NCBI GenBank assembly: GCA_011109175.1
Contig: RDEW01000038.1
Span: forward strand, 545,213 to 609,212
From: Dicyema japonicum
Taxonomy: Eukaryota; Animalia; Dicyemida
Direction: 5' to 3'
DNA length: 64,000 bases
Shown here: in pieces, positions 1 to 12,499 of the stretch
Numbering within the stretch: position 1 is the stretch's first letter
Layout: each line of letters opens with the position of its first letter
Position numbers and translations under genes: made by a program
The notes under the pieces: model-generated
Seen by the model: only the letters and a program-made list of their open reading frames with translations
Database searches by the model: none
Told to the model about the DNA's origin: nothing

Positions 1-518
1 CAAATAAGAATGAACAAAAATATTCAAAATTTCTGAGAATACGAATGAAAAATGTCGTATATGAATAATAAAACTAACACAAGTAATGATAGTTGTTTAG
101 AAAATTGATATTTCCTCGGATAGAAAGTCCATTTGTGAGGCCTAGGTGTACATTGGGGAAACTCCTATTCTGAAGCCAGGAAATAAAAGATTCTCGAAGT
201 TACCTAAGACTCTTTAATGAACCTCTCTCATCGCGCAGAAGTCTTGACCAAGGGACTGTGGAAGTTGAATTTATTGAAGTCAATTATAAAGAAGTGCCAG
301 TTCCCTCCTGTGAACTGCATATTTAGATTCTATAACTAGGTCATCGTTCCAATAATTAAATATGCCTCTCGCGTGAAGATTTGCGATATCTTCCACCAAA
401 CTCAACAAACTAAATTCAATCAGACAGAAAACTACACGTTTGCATCCCACATTATTACAACTTCCCTTCCGAATCTTCTTTCAGAAGAGTCCATGAGTAA
501 CCATGGTCACGGTTTCCA

Positions 519-1900
519 GTGTTTCTGCAAAGAACCAGGAAACTCATTTGGTATGGGATTGCTCGAGCAGAGAAACGTCGACTGACCCTAAAGAAGGACA
601 CCCCGATCGAGTTCTTTTGTAGGAATTTGCGGGGATCTACCGTTACACTGATTAAAGTCTATAATTTATTCATAAACCACAATTCGACTCCAACGTTATG
701 GAAACTCGAAAACATCCGGCTTATATTGAAAAAGGGAAAACCGAAAAAAGACCCGACTTCATTCAGACCAGTACAAAATTTTGGAGAAGCTCGTCCTTGT
801 GAAAATCAAGGACTTTCTTCCTGATAGAAGTTCAGCATGGATTAAAAAAGACCGATCAACCACCTCATCTAATTTCACTGAGCAACTTCCTTCACTCTGG
901 CTTCTTCAACAACCCAGACATCAGAAGACCGTTCTATGCACAATGGATATATATAGAACTTCGACTCCATTCCCAGGAAGAATCTTACTTGAAAAATATT
1001 CCAGACAGACATTCCTGGAATTTCAAACTCTGACTTGCTAACTTTCTTATCGGACGGAGGGGGCGAGTATGCCTTGTTAACATTCGATCAGTCTCTCTCG
1101 ACTATTTCCTAATGAAACACCCCAGGGTTCACCACGTTCCCCGCTACTTTTAAAATTATTCTTGACTGAAATCTCGCTACCAAGTAAAAAAAAGATCTTC
1201 TTTTGACTTATGCAGATGATATAATTTTAGCATCATGGGATCAAGACGTCCAGTTAGCCAGGAAGAGATTACAACATTCCGTGATCTGTTTGCTTATGCG
1301 GCTGACAATCAGCAGAGAAATCAGTTACATCAATGTTCACAACGGACAAGAAGATACAAACAAGTCAATTGAAATAGAAGCAGACTGGGAAACATTTACA
1401 TATAAGAAATAGCAAAAGATCCTGGGAGTGATCTATGACACGCATATGTGCTTTCATAGCACGTTGGAAATTTGCTAAACAAATATGAAAAAATCAAACT
1501 GCTGAAAAGTCTAACGGGGTAGTGGAAAATCGGGAACCATCCCATAGTAAAAACACTTCACTCTCAGTACATTGAGTCCTGCATTTGCTAAGCATGTGCT
1601 CCATGAGGACCTTACATCTCTTGAACTAATGCACAGAAATTTGCGACACATAAAAAAGGCTTTTGGGGTGACAACGAAGTGGTCTATGAACGAAAATAAC
1701 ATGATGTATGCACCCTTGAAGATTCTTATATGAAGGAATAGAGGAGACCTGATCAAACGTGATCAGTTGAACACCCGACCCCAACGAGCTTGTGTAAGAT
1801 CGAGGATTAAATTTTTCGCGATCACTTAGTCTGCTTTTTGGAATAAAGGTTTGATTTGATATGAAGGTCCTTAAGCAAAAGTTGCTCAAACACATTATAA
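519..1900 (+). mobile_element. Degenerate Jockey/I-group LINE reverse transcriptase, 3' part
   Basis: Fragments LWKLENIRLILKKGKPKKDPTSFRPV, ETPQGSPRSPLLF (~1110-1150) and YADDIILAS (1203 ORF), then a post-RT region ending near gatcacttag (~1821). Many stops and frameshifts. Confidence 0.8.
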
Positions 1901-3442
1901 CCTACTCAAAATAAGAGGTGACGAAATTCCCAATAAAAAGTGTAATGCAGGATCCCCATCTACCTCATCCTTATTGTCGGTTAGAATCAGTTGGACTATC
2001 ATTCATTCACATTAAGTAATCTTGTGACAATAAATAAAGCGATAAAGTAATTAATAACCAAGTCAAAGAGAACTACAGTCTAATTACCAGTAGGAGGAAA
2101 TGACTGTTCCGAATCTTTGTTAATAAATGATGATTCACTCACTGAGCTTCTCTTTGATAGTTGAACTCCTGGAACTAACATATTGGACATTATTTGAAGG
2201 ATTTCTGATATGTCTTTTAGTTCTATCATTATATCATAACGATTATGCCTTTAATTTCCCTCGTCAACTTGCTTTTGTCCAATGTAGTTCTTTGACTGAT
2301 TTTCATTGGGAATATCACCAAAATGAATAAAAGCATCATCGACCAATCTTGATTATTTCCATATTTATATTAAATGAAAGAATTTAGATATTTATGTACG
2401 AAATGTGTTCAATGAATATAAACTTTTGTGTGATGACTTTAACATTCATAAATTTTAGTATTCTCTTGAGTTTATTTATTTTAAAAAAGGATAAAGTTAG
2501 TTGTTATGACAAGGCCTCCATTATGGCCTGCAGACATTGAGCACGCAATCGGAGTTACCTCTCATGATCGTGACCCCGATGTTCTGGAAGAGCCTCGGCT
2601 TAATGTCGAAAGGTAGCCAATAACAATAATCTTAGATTAAAAGTGAAACTAGAAAATTATGTTTTATATTTATTCTTTATAACAGGATCAGTAGTAAAAA
2701 TGAAGAGGATATCCTCAACGGAGTAATTTTAAACGAAAGAAGAGAGATCGAAGTGTGGGAGAAAGGATCTTGAACCTTTGTCTATAAGTATGTTTGTTGA
2801 TGATGTATAATCTAATTTATGAGGATGTGAAGCGCTCTCTTGAGACGGCTGGATTCCCGTGGAACCGGTGGGCCTGGATCGTGGAGATGGAAAGTGCCCA
2901 GACAGGATAACTGTCTTCCCCTTCTCTTGGAGAAATGCTTGATTTGGGATAGGGCCTGTACCGACATTTTTTCACAGTCGAGACTTGCTGGTTCCGCGCT
3001 GAAAGCTGGAGAGGCTGCTCGGATTTTCGAGAATTTCAAGATAAAAAATACGACAGCCTCTCCACAAGATTCCATGTTCAGCCCACTGTTGTCGAGTGGA
3101 GTCTTCGTGCCCAAAACGGTCTCTTTTCTAGGATCGCTTTGGTCAATGATTTCGAAAGTTAGCAATGAGCGTCGGGAAACCGAATGGTTATTCCAAAGGA
3201 TTTCTCTGACAGTGATCAGTGAAAACAACCATTCCATTCTATCAGCTGGATTATTTTGATTGTCTTGTTTCGTCATAAATTGTTTTTTTTTATTTATTAA
3301 TTTCGGAACAAGTTCATAGGATTTAATTTAGACCTTTTAATTAATGTTACTTCGATCACTTTATGAGTTAAATGATCAATTAAAAAAAAAAAAAAAAAAA
3401 AATGATCAATAAATACACTATGTATTTTAATAACGGAAAAAA

Positions 3443-4176
3443 ATGGAATTTTCACAAATCACTTGTTGAAAGAGAAAACTTCTGCATATGGCTATGCGTA
3501 CATTATGGATAGACAGAATGTCATATATTGGAGATGTGAGCAGAAAGGAAAATGCAGAGGCAGAGTAAGAAACTGATTAACGAAGAATTTAATGGAACTA
3601 TGACACCACACGAACATCCACTAAATGCAGGACGTTTACATGCGCTGAAAACCGTCAATACGATAAAGAAGAGAGCGAGAGATTCTGAAAAACTACATCC
3701 ACAGTTATCCAAATTGTTTAAGCACATACCCTATTGATTTCTTTTTTGTGCGCTACCCAAAAAGAGATGACGAGACTGATGACGTGTTGGGAGATTTTCT
3801 GACCTATTTGAAACAACATGGATCGGAGCCTTGCAACGTGGAAGGAAAAGAATACCATTGTTTAGTTTGGAAATGTGGAATGTACACGACAGACAGGCAG
3901 AAGGCCTCCCAAGAACTACGAATTCACTTGAAGGATGGCACAGATCTTTTTCACAAAGAGTGTCTATAAAAACATCCGACCGTTTGTCGGCTTGTTGCAA
4001 AAATACGAAAAGAACAGTCAGAGTGGGAGGTCACAGTAGAACAAGTGATAGCCGGAATAACAATAAGACAAGTAAAAAAGTACCAGAATGTGAACAAAAA
4101 TATAAACAGTATTATTGAAAAATATGATGAATACACTCCAGTAGAATTTTTGAGTGCGCTTTCTCATAACCTTTAA
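3443..4176 (+). mobile_element. Internally deleted MULE (Mutator-like) transposase with FLYWCH-like N-terminus
   Basis: IYWRCEQKGKCRGRV...HEHP (FLYWCH-type), then PLFSLEMWNVHDRQAEGLPRTTNSLEGWHRSFSQRVSIKHPTV...EFLSALSHNL*, the typical animal MULE C-terminus. The catalytic core is missing. Confidence 0.85.
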
Positions 4177-4427
4177 GTAAATATTAACTGTTTTACCTAC
4201 AGAACAATGAGTATTGATGTAACTTTTTAACTCACCTTATTTGATGATCTTGAATTTTATCTCTGAATTTTAAAACCAGAATTTCCTGTCGGCCAAATAT
4301 CTGGACACCGTTAAAAACGGTCGATTATCTACATTCCATGTGCATTGGAACAGTAGTAAAGAATATTAAAATTTTAAATGCATGCAGTTAACTAGAAAGT
4401 ACTAATGCATAACTCTCTACGCACAAC

Positions 4428-4510
4428 TGTTTTATCTCAGTGCTTTGGAACCTCAAGATCTTCTATATTATAAAATACTAAATGTGTGCATTAAAATGTG
4501 TATGTGTATC
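4428..4510 (+). repeat. Short dispersed repeat, possible Helitron-like 5' end (copy 1)
   Basis: cagtgctttggaacctcaagaTCTTCTATATTATAAAATACTAAAT..., repeated at 5894-5978. The TC + tatattataaaa start resembles Helitron 5' termini. Confidence 0.45.
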
Positions 4511-5229
4511 TCTTTGTACGCAATAGGTTTTGGGAAAAAACAATTTTTATATGTGTGCACAAATCAGCAGGGTGGAGCAATGTAAAGAGTTCAGGGAAAG
4601 AGGCCTGATTGCCCCTAGTTCTAATCTCATTGCTGAAAATCCCGGTTGAAGGATCCAAGCATCTAAGATGCTTTGCTTTAACATAGGTCCTCCAGAGCCG
4701 TGGGGTCTAGATAGAAAAAATTGCAGGCGAGTAAATGTTCCGTTGTTTTTCAACGGAGTTACATGCTTGAAAAATTTCGTCTTTTATAGACTATTTTATA
4801 AAAGTTAGAGATGAAATTTTTGTAAGTCCAAATCGTAACCTTGCCAGATCAACATGTACACCATGCGGGAGTTTTGATTCGAAATCACTTTTCGGAGGAA
4901 ACATTTAAGTACTTTGTCTACTCTGAGAGTGTTGATCGATCAGCTTGCAATTTTAATTTAAAGCCGACAGAAGATATATCGAAATGTCGGAGACAGGATC
5001 TTGAACCGCTCTTTAAAATTTGGTTTGGGTTGATGTTGTATAATTTAATTTATTAATTCCAAAGAATAATCATCTAAATTGATTGATCCCTGTTTTATAT
5101 ACCAAGCATTCGCCTGTTGTTAATTTCGGAATCATGGAATAAAGGGAAAGTTTTCTTTTGGTATCTCGAGTGGTCTTCCAGATATAAATTGACTTCCAAC
5201 CCAAGGGGATATTCAGGAGACTTATTATT

Positions 5230-5700
5230 ATTTATTTTAAAATCCCAAGACCACCAAGAAATAATTAACTCGCTAAATTAAGTGATCCCAGCCTCCAACA
5301 TTTCTCGAATTCCCTTTGAATCCTCTGCCAGTGAACCAACAGCGTTTCTGAAGTGTTTTCTTTTATTTCTGCAGAAGAATTTAATCGGAGTGCACTTTTG
5401 TAATGCCGATCTGAATTCCTCCGCATGAACCACCCTCTCTCTGAATGGGTTTCCTAGATCATTGCACATACGTAGCCTGGCCATTTCTCACCGACGCCTC
5501 CTCTGAAAGGAAGACTTAAGGATTTGAAGAAGTCTAGATGGTGTTCCGTGATGTATTCTATGGTTGGTTCAATAATCAATGCTCAATTAGATTTTATTCG
5601 CACGGGAGATCTCTTCTAGAGCTACTGGATATTTGAAGGAATCTCGCTCGCCATCCAGAGAGGGAATAGCAGTCTGGACGGCTACTTTATGACCCTCTGT
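5230..5700 (-). mobile_element. 3' end of a 5'-truncated LINE
   Basis: Minus strand ends gggatcacttaa...aaaataaataataataa. A related copy lies at ~37150-37600, and the TPIxFFCRN motif is shared with ~595-625. Confidence 0.6.
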
Positions 5701-5893
5701 TGATGTTTCTAATAAATAAATTTAATTTTTATTTTTAAAATAAAATGTGAATAAATTAATTTTTTAAACACATTTTTAATTACAATTTATACTTAGTCCT
5801 TTGGAATTAATGCTACTCCGATCGATCCATGTGGATTGGAAAAGTGTGTAGTCAACTAGAATCTCTCACTCACAATTTTAAAGCTCGTGCGAT

Positions 5894-5978
5894 TGTTTTT
5901 TTCTTAGTGCTTTTGAACCTCCAGATCTTCTATATTATAAAATACTAAATTTGTGCTTGATAATGTGTACGTGTATCC
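5894..5978 (+). repeat. Short dispersed repeat, possible Helitron-like 5' end (copy 2)
   Basis: Near-identical to 4428-4510. Confidence 0.45.
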
Positions 5979-6305
5979 TTTTTTTACCCTATGATCACCG
6001 GATTAGAAAAAGTTAAAAGTTAACTACTAACTAAGTGATCCCGATTTTCCGGGTTCTGGCTCTCGAAGATCCAACAAAATTGGTAAAAACGGGGACGGTC
6101 ACATTCTCCATAGATTCTACGCATTTTCTAGATAGTCAGATATAGAGAGTGAAAGTGGACAGCTGGTTTTCATTGCCCATTGTAGAAATGACTTGACTCT
6201 TTATTTTATATGTTCATTCAATACGTTATTCACAGTTTTCTTATTAATTATTTTCAAGGCAGCAAATTGTGCGGCTTCTAATTTTTGAAACGACGATTGG
6301 TTTTC

Positions 6306-6361
6306 TGGCTGAATGTAACACGTCTGATGACATCGGATCTGAAGGTCGTGGGTTCAAATCC
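6306..6361 (+). repeat. tRNA-like Pol III promoter remnant (SINE head or tRNA pseudogene)
   Basis: A-box-like TGGCTGAATGT at 6306 and B-box GGTTCAAATCC at 6351-6361. No complete cloverleaf. Confidence 0.45.
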
Positions 6362-6741
6362 GAAAGATGGAGTTTTCAGCGAAAGGTCAATTCTTGTAAA
6401 ACAGATCCCACCCGTGAGGCGACGAGTCCTTCTGGCACGACACGGTTGTTAAAAGGGATCTTCCTAACTTTCTTCCTGACCAAACCCTCTGATAAAGATT
6501 GCATTATGAAAACTATTCTGCTAAAAAATGAAGTGATGTCCGCGACGGTAGGACGTGGGACAAAAATGAAAAGGGCGGACTTACTTCTCCACCTCTCTTC
6601 GGAAGCGAAAGCCTGTAATGAAGTATTGGAAGATGGATTTGGTCGGCACAAGCAGATGTTCTCCCTTTGGTTCCTCCTTTGAATTAGTTAGTTATGACTG
6701 TTTGTGCTGGGCTTACAATAGTATGCCTGAGGTTAATAATA

Positions 6742-8239
6742 CAGTCCGACCCCGAATTGGGGCACCAAGTGCCTCAAAAACAGGGGTTTAATAAAACAGA
6801 GATTTTAAACATCAAAAATCAATTTTAGAAAAATAATCAGTTAATTTATCCCCATTTATCCTTTTACTTCTTACATTTTTCATAAAATTAAGTCGAAAAT
6901 CGTAAAAATTATTTGATCATTTCAGGAGATATGTAATGATTTTCTTCTCTAACTGATAAGAGAATCTTGCGTTTCTCTTAGAATTGTTTCTATGTTATCG
7001 TTTTCTAAACCTTCGTTGTAAATATTATCAACGAATTCGTCACTTTCCCCATTCAATGTTTCGTTTACGCATTGTTGAATCATTTCTTCTGTAATGGTAT
7101 CTTCAATTTTTTACGGAATCACGAATCTTTTCAATTTGATTGCCACACAATTAAATATTAAACTTGAATCAAGTTTTTCCAGCTTTTAGAAATTAGCAGA
7201 ATTACATGACGAAGGTTTATTTTGTTTATCAACCGTTTGAATTCATCATCATCCTCCTCAAAAACACAAATACTGAATCAGATAATTTGAGTAATAATCT
7301 TTAAAGGTCTTTGATAATTCCCATATCTAATGGTTGCAAATACGGTGTTGTATTTTTTGGCAAAAATAAAAAACTCAATATTTGAGCATTCAAATAGTTT
7401 TATGACATCCCGCATTATCAAGCAATATTAATACTTTTCTGTTGATTGTATAAAATCTTTCATTTATCCGAGTCAACCAGCTCATAAATATATTTCCAGT
7501 CATCCATGCATTTTTAGAGGATTAATATGAAATTCCAAAATCTTTCACATTGAAATTTTTGAGACATCGAGGGTTTTATTTTCTCGTCAAGAATTTAAAA
7601 AACTCATTGATGTAAGTCAAGTCACATGAATTTTTTTTCTCCACAAAGTGATTTAAATTTCAGTTCATGTCGCTTTTTTAAATCTGTCAAGCCAGCCGTT
7701 GAAGCCTTTGAAAGTATCAAATCCAATTTTTGAAGCCGTATATAAGGCAATTTTCTTTATGAAAGGATTTGATATTGGAACCTTATCTTCGCGTAGTTTC
7801 TGAAATATTTCAAAAACTTGATCATCGAATTTAAATTTCTCACAATAAGGCATAGGATCCTTCATCCGTGTTTACAGTTCCTTGTTCAAGAAAAGGTTAC
7901 AATTGTTTTTTTTATTTCGCGAAATCATGCCTTTATTAGTTTTGTATTTTTTAATTATCTGTCTTTCAGATAATTTGTTCTTCAATATCAATTTAGCAAA
8001 TCGTTAATTTTGTTTCGTAGATGATAACCATTCACAACAAAAAATGTAAATAAATGTGTAAATTAAAATTATATATTTATTAATAAAATATAATTTTATT
8101 TACTTATAATTTCATTCCCCACAATTTTATAGTGCCCCAAAATTTCCATTTTTTATCGATTTTCCATTTTACTCTGTCAAAATGTTGGCCAAAAAAATGC
8201 CCCAAAATGCTGGGGTGCCCCACCCCTGGGGTCGGACTG
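6742..8239 (-). mobile_element. pogo/Tigger DNA transposon, decayed, both TIRs present
   Basis: TA|CAGTCCGACCCC (6742) ... GGGGTCGGACTG|TA (8239), with TA target duplication. Internal CENP-B HTH: VPISNPFIKKIALYTASKIGFDTFKGFNGWLDRFKK (7665-7865). Confidence 0.92.
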
Positions 8240-8241
8240 TA

Positions 8242-8800
8242 ATAATAATTAATGTTATTCAATATACAAAATTGTCCCAAATTTCTGACCAGTAGGTTTC
8301 CTCTACTGTCTGGTTTCTGGCTTTCATACCATAATTTATGTTTGGCATTGATGTCACTGCATAGTAGTACGTTTTTGGGGTTTGAGAAATTCTGTAAGTT
8401 ATGGTAATACCCACTTGGACAGGAGCTAGTAGGTGGGATATATACATTGACAATATTTATAATTTTCCTATAAATTCTAATATTTATGCCAATTGATCCC
8501 AAAGGGTCTTCTTTTGGATAATTTTCGGATTTTGTTTGAAATATCTTCATACTGAATTCTATTGTATATTAGTGTCATTAGTTATCCACCAAGCTTAATC
8601 TTTCTGTCTTTACGGATAACGGAGTATCCGGGAAAGGTTGGAGTTTGTATGTTTGCTTGTAGTCTTTTGGACTAGAGCAATGTCAATTTCATTCCTATTG
8701 AGTAAGTGGCGGACTTCCAGCACCTTGTTTCGTATTCCGTTAATATTGATCTGGACCAGGTTAATTTCAGGGCCTGGGTTGTGATTCGACGTCCCCACAC
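8242..8800 (-). mobile_element. APE endonuclease relic of a Jockey/I-like LINE
   Basis: INLVQININGIRNK...IDIALVQKT; IVNVYIPP; LLCSDINAKHKLW; DSRGNLL. Confidence 0.85.
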
Positions 8801-8984
8801 AAAATTAGAGCGTACCTGGAAAACCATCCTCCTTCATGGATAGGGAAAGTGCAGTTCTTTTTAACATCATCTTAATAAAACTGTCATATTTAATCAGCAA
8901 AGGATTCTCTGACAAACCCAAACATCTGAAGATGATTCTTTGTTCCACAAATATTCAAGAAAGTGTTCTTAGGAAAAACTTATT

Positions 8985-9200
8985 ATTATTAGCACTTTAC
9001 GAGTAAGAGAAGGAGTTGCTTGTTCCAGGCTTTTCTGTTTTTAGTTAGATCCTTCAGTCTGTCCAGGTTGTCGCCAGATGCCAATGTTTTCTTTGCGGCG
9101 TTTTTTAAAACGAACGGGAGAGTTGCTCTCGGTCTTCCAAGGAAAAACTATTTGAAAAGTATTTCAATCGGAAATCCATAAAAACCTTAACTCTGATTGG
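8985..9200 (-). mobile_element. RTE-clade LINE 3' end
   Basis: DNLDRLKDLTKNRKAWNKQ followed by a (TAA)n tail on the minus strand. Confidence 0.55.
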
Positions 9201-9689
9201 ATATTTTTCTTAGTGGCCAGAGGGGATGTGTTTGTTCTGTAATTTAAGATTTGCATCATGACTTATTCCGAATGGATTACCCATATCCCTTTATTGTTCA
9301 ATGCCGAGATCCACAGTCGTTACCACTTGACTTTGGATTTGAATTAGAAATTAAATTCATCGTTATTCTATAGTAATTACATGTGAAGGCAACAAAGGCC
9401 CTCGTTATTCCAATGGTAATGGCATGTGAAGGCAACAAAGTACCACAAGGGTATCTAAGAGAGTTAGGGGTAGATAGGAAGCTCCAAGCCTATTCACACT
9501 CCATTGTTCCTAGAATATTTTAAATTTGAGTATAGGAAGAGATGCCATATAGGCAGAGGGCTCAATTAAACAATGCGCTATCGGAGCTGTTTCACCAACC
9601 AGAATCGAACCTGCTTAAAGAGGCTGGCGAGGAGGCTGGCAATGAAGGTTGTTGATTGTTAAATATTAGCTTTTTTGGTTAAATATGGA

Positions 9690-10185
9690 AAGGTGAAGCT
9701 AAAGATAAACAAATTCTCAATCGTGTCCATCCTAATTTATAATGACAAGATATGGGGCTTGCCAAAACAGGCTATGGAGAGTATTGACAGCTTTTACTGC
9801 ATCATGCTCCGAAAGGCACTCTATAAGGTACACTAACGCAAAATTATGTAACAGCGAATCACTCTCTTTGGAAATCCGACGATCGAGATGGAGACTGTTT
9901 GGTTATTTGAGGATGGACTTGGGTGTAATAGCAAATCGTATTATGGAAGAGTATCTAATGGAACAAAAAGATTATTTCGAGGAAGGCACAAGAAAACTCT
10001 ATCCTGTGTTAAATGAAGAATTAAAAGGTGTCGGTTGAAAAAATAAAAACGACCTTTGATAAATTAAGAGAATTTGCGAAAAAAGGTGACCTTGAATGAA
10101 GCTGGTACAAAGGATGGTTATCGAGTCAAAAGATCTTAATTACTTTTTGTTTTTATATCTTCTCACCGGGGTCGATAATAATACT
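9690..10185 (+). mobile_element. RTE-clade LINE 3' end
   Basis: YTNAKLCNSESLSLEIRRSRWRLFGYLRMD...ANRIMEEY, the RTE post-RT signature. Ends ggggtcgataataatact. Confidence 0.7.
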
Positions 10186-10479
10186 TTGACTGGGGGAACT
10201 AGATAAAATTTATCAATTTTGTGTCTCGCCTAATAGTCTGTGAGCTCAGCGTGCTTTGGTGTGATCCCATTAATGTTCAGTTGTAGGATTCTTATTTTGT
10301 TAAGCTGGGGTTAGGCTCGGTATCTCCAGATTTCATAAAAATCTCATTGGAGCGAGGTCTCAGTGTCCGCTCAACGGTCGCCATCGGGAAGAGAAATTAA
10401 GTGGTTCTTTTTTGAGTTATGTGTAATACAAACACATCCATCTGACACCTTGAGTTGAACCATAACGTCTCAATTTATT

Positions 10480-11420
10480 TAAAACACCGGGATCACCGAG
10501 AAAGGTAATTAGGTAATCCCATTATTGGTAATCAATCGAGCCAGCCAACGTCTGTGCTATCCCATTGTTTCCACTACTGTACGACAAAACCTTCTCTCAT
10601 CTCTACAGAAGAAGATTGGGGGAGGGAAATTTTTTCGAATCGGTTTTCTTTTTATTGGAAATGGACAGGCAAAGTGGGTTTCCAATTTCCTTACAGATCC
10701 GAAGGAATCCGGATTCGCGATTACGTCCGTTTCTTCTGTGATTAAGGGGATTGACTGTTCCAATATGAGGGGCCATCAATTGAATAGTCTTTAGGTATAT
10801 CGAATTGAGTCTTTGCAGCCTAGTCTCCGATAACGCGAATCTCCACGCAACAGAACCATACTGTTGCAACAAAACTATCAATATTTAAAGGAGTCCTCTG
10901 GACAAGTACCTACAACGTTCAGCTTCTTTAGTGAAGACTTCAAATTCTTCTTTAGTGAGGGAGTTGAAATTCAACAGCCTGTCGAGCGTTAATTCAAGAA
11001 TTTAGAGACCTTGTTACTTGAATCTGGACTGGTCGATGAAAATTCTTTGATTTTCTTAGGAACGATTCTCTGAGGTGAAAAACGTACATATTAAATTTGC
11101 GGAAGAAATCGTAAGTCAGCTTGCAGTCAACCAATCGTAAACAATGTTCACTTTCTGGCATTAGCGGGTGAAACTTGCGTCGATAGACTGCGTGTCGCAA
11201 TTAATAAATCGACTGCGTAAGATAGTAACGTCCCCTTAATTTGGAACGTCGTAGAGGAAAAGATTGAAAAAGGTTGAATAAATCGGAGAACCTTGGGGTA
11301 CTCCGTCTAACAGTAGTCGTCACCTTGATCTGAGGTGACCGCAGACAAATCTCTTACATCGCCCAAAAAAACCATAGCTTTAGACATCGTTTCAAAAGAC
11401 TTGTTTTATGAGTGTAAGTG
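10480..11420 (-). mobile_element. LINE RT C-terminal half and 3' end (Jockey/I-like)
   Basis: LDGVPQGS (~11290-11310), LRLVDCKLTY, LLQQYGSVAWRFALSETRLQRL. 3' inverted repeat at 10489-10520. Confidence 0.7.
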
Positions 11421-11456
11421 TCAAAGAATTAAGGGTAGATGTAAAATTTGCCACAC

Positions 11457-12141
11457 TTATAATTTTCGCTGCCCACAACAATAATTTATATACCATGAAG
11501 CAAGTTCTGCTAAAAAAAGGAAGCATAAGGTTAAATCGGGAGATGTGCAGCTATCAATGCTCCTTAATGGGGTTCTTGTGTGTAATTCAAGGTCATTCAG
11601 GATAATCATATCAATAAGACCATTTGAAATGAACTCGCCTCGGCTGTCAGGGACTGTGAAGCATGCCAGTCTCCCATCGAGGTCGCCGCTTAAGTTTATA
11701 GTGTTGAGAGGCGGGGTAGATAGGGCTATAGGATGTGGATGTTTTGGACTTTTTGAGTTTGTCGATAGAAGTGAAGGAGACAGAGGTTGACAACAAGGAC
11801 TTGCATAGTTAATTGTGGTTCGAATGAATTGTTTATATATGATGGTTAGGGCTTCTTTGCTTTGGCAGAAGGAATTACTTGGCACAGCTTTGAGTATGTT
11901 GATCTTGCGAAAGTCCTTTGTACATTGTTAATCCACATGATTCGAGAAAGTTAGTAGTTAGTCGAAAACGACTCCAAGTATTTTGGGATGTTTCGTAACG
12001 AGGATCCTTCGTTCCTTCGTTAACGTCTTTGTCTTTAAAGGCTATAATCTGGTCATCCGCATAAGATATGAGAAATGTCTTAGAATTGAATGGAATATCG
12101 CTTGGATGCAATTTGAATAAGGTAGGAGACAAAATAGTCAA
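11457..12141 (-). mobile_element. LINE RT relic
   Basis: ILSPTLFKLHPSDIP...LISYADDQIIA; IYKQFIRTTINYASP. Confidence 0.75.
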
Positions 12142-12144
12142 ATT

Positions 12145-12430
12145 TTGACAAATTTATATTAATTTAATATTTATTGATTTTAAAAGATTGTTTACAATAT
12201 GGCGAACCTTCTAATAAATTGGTATTTCATTAAGCGTGTAGTTGCCACGTTCTTGTGGTTGTTTGTTTTGTGATTTATTGTATTTTTCTGTTGTATTGTC
12301 ATACATTTTCTTCAATATTATATATATTATGGATTCATCAAATAGTGTTGAAGGTTGTTATCAAAATGTCTAATATGTATATATTTTGGTGACCTGTAAA
12401 TATGGGTTATTCTCCACTATTTGACTGTTC
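12145..12430. repeat. Unclassified ~290-bp dispersed repeat (copy 1)
   Basis: ttttgac(a/t)aattta(t/a)attaatttaata...atggcgaacc...tcaaatagtgttgaa...ctccactatttga. Also found at 25415-25690, 44630-44905 and 54797-55075. Confidence 0.8.
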
Positions 12431-12499
12431 TCAGTTGTTCAAAACTTACATTTTCGAAATTTTTTCATTATTTGAAGATTTTATTGGAATTTTTTGAAA

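Noticed and set aside
2812-3276. 154-aa and 139-aa overlapping ORFs as host genes
   Set aside because: No recognisable domain. The adjacent DNA (~2760-2820) resembles dispersed fragments at ~4990-5050 and ~33140, so it is probably LINE ORF1-type debris.
6306-6361. Functional tRNA genes here or at ~38130, 38511 and 41048
   Set aside because: A and B boxes are present, but acceptor, anticodon and T stems do not pair into a cloverleaf.
9361-9441. 18-bp direct repeat catgtgaaggcaacaaag as a target-site duplication
   Set aside because: The sequence upstream of both copies is also similar (tcgttatt...gtaat), so this is a diverged ~44-bp tandem duplication.
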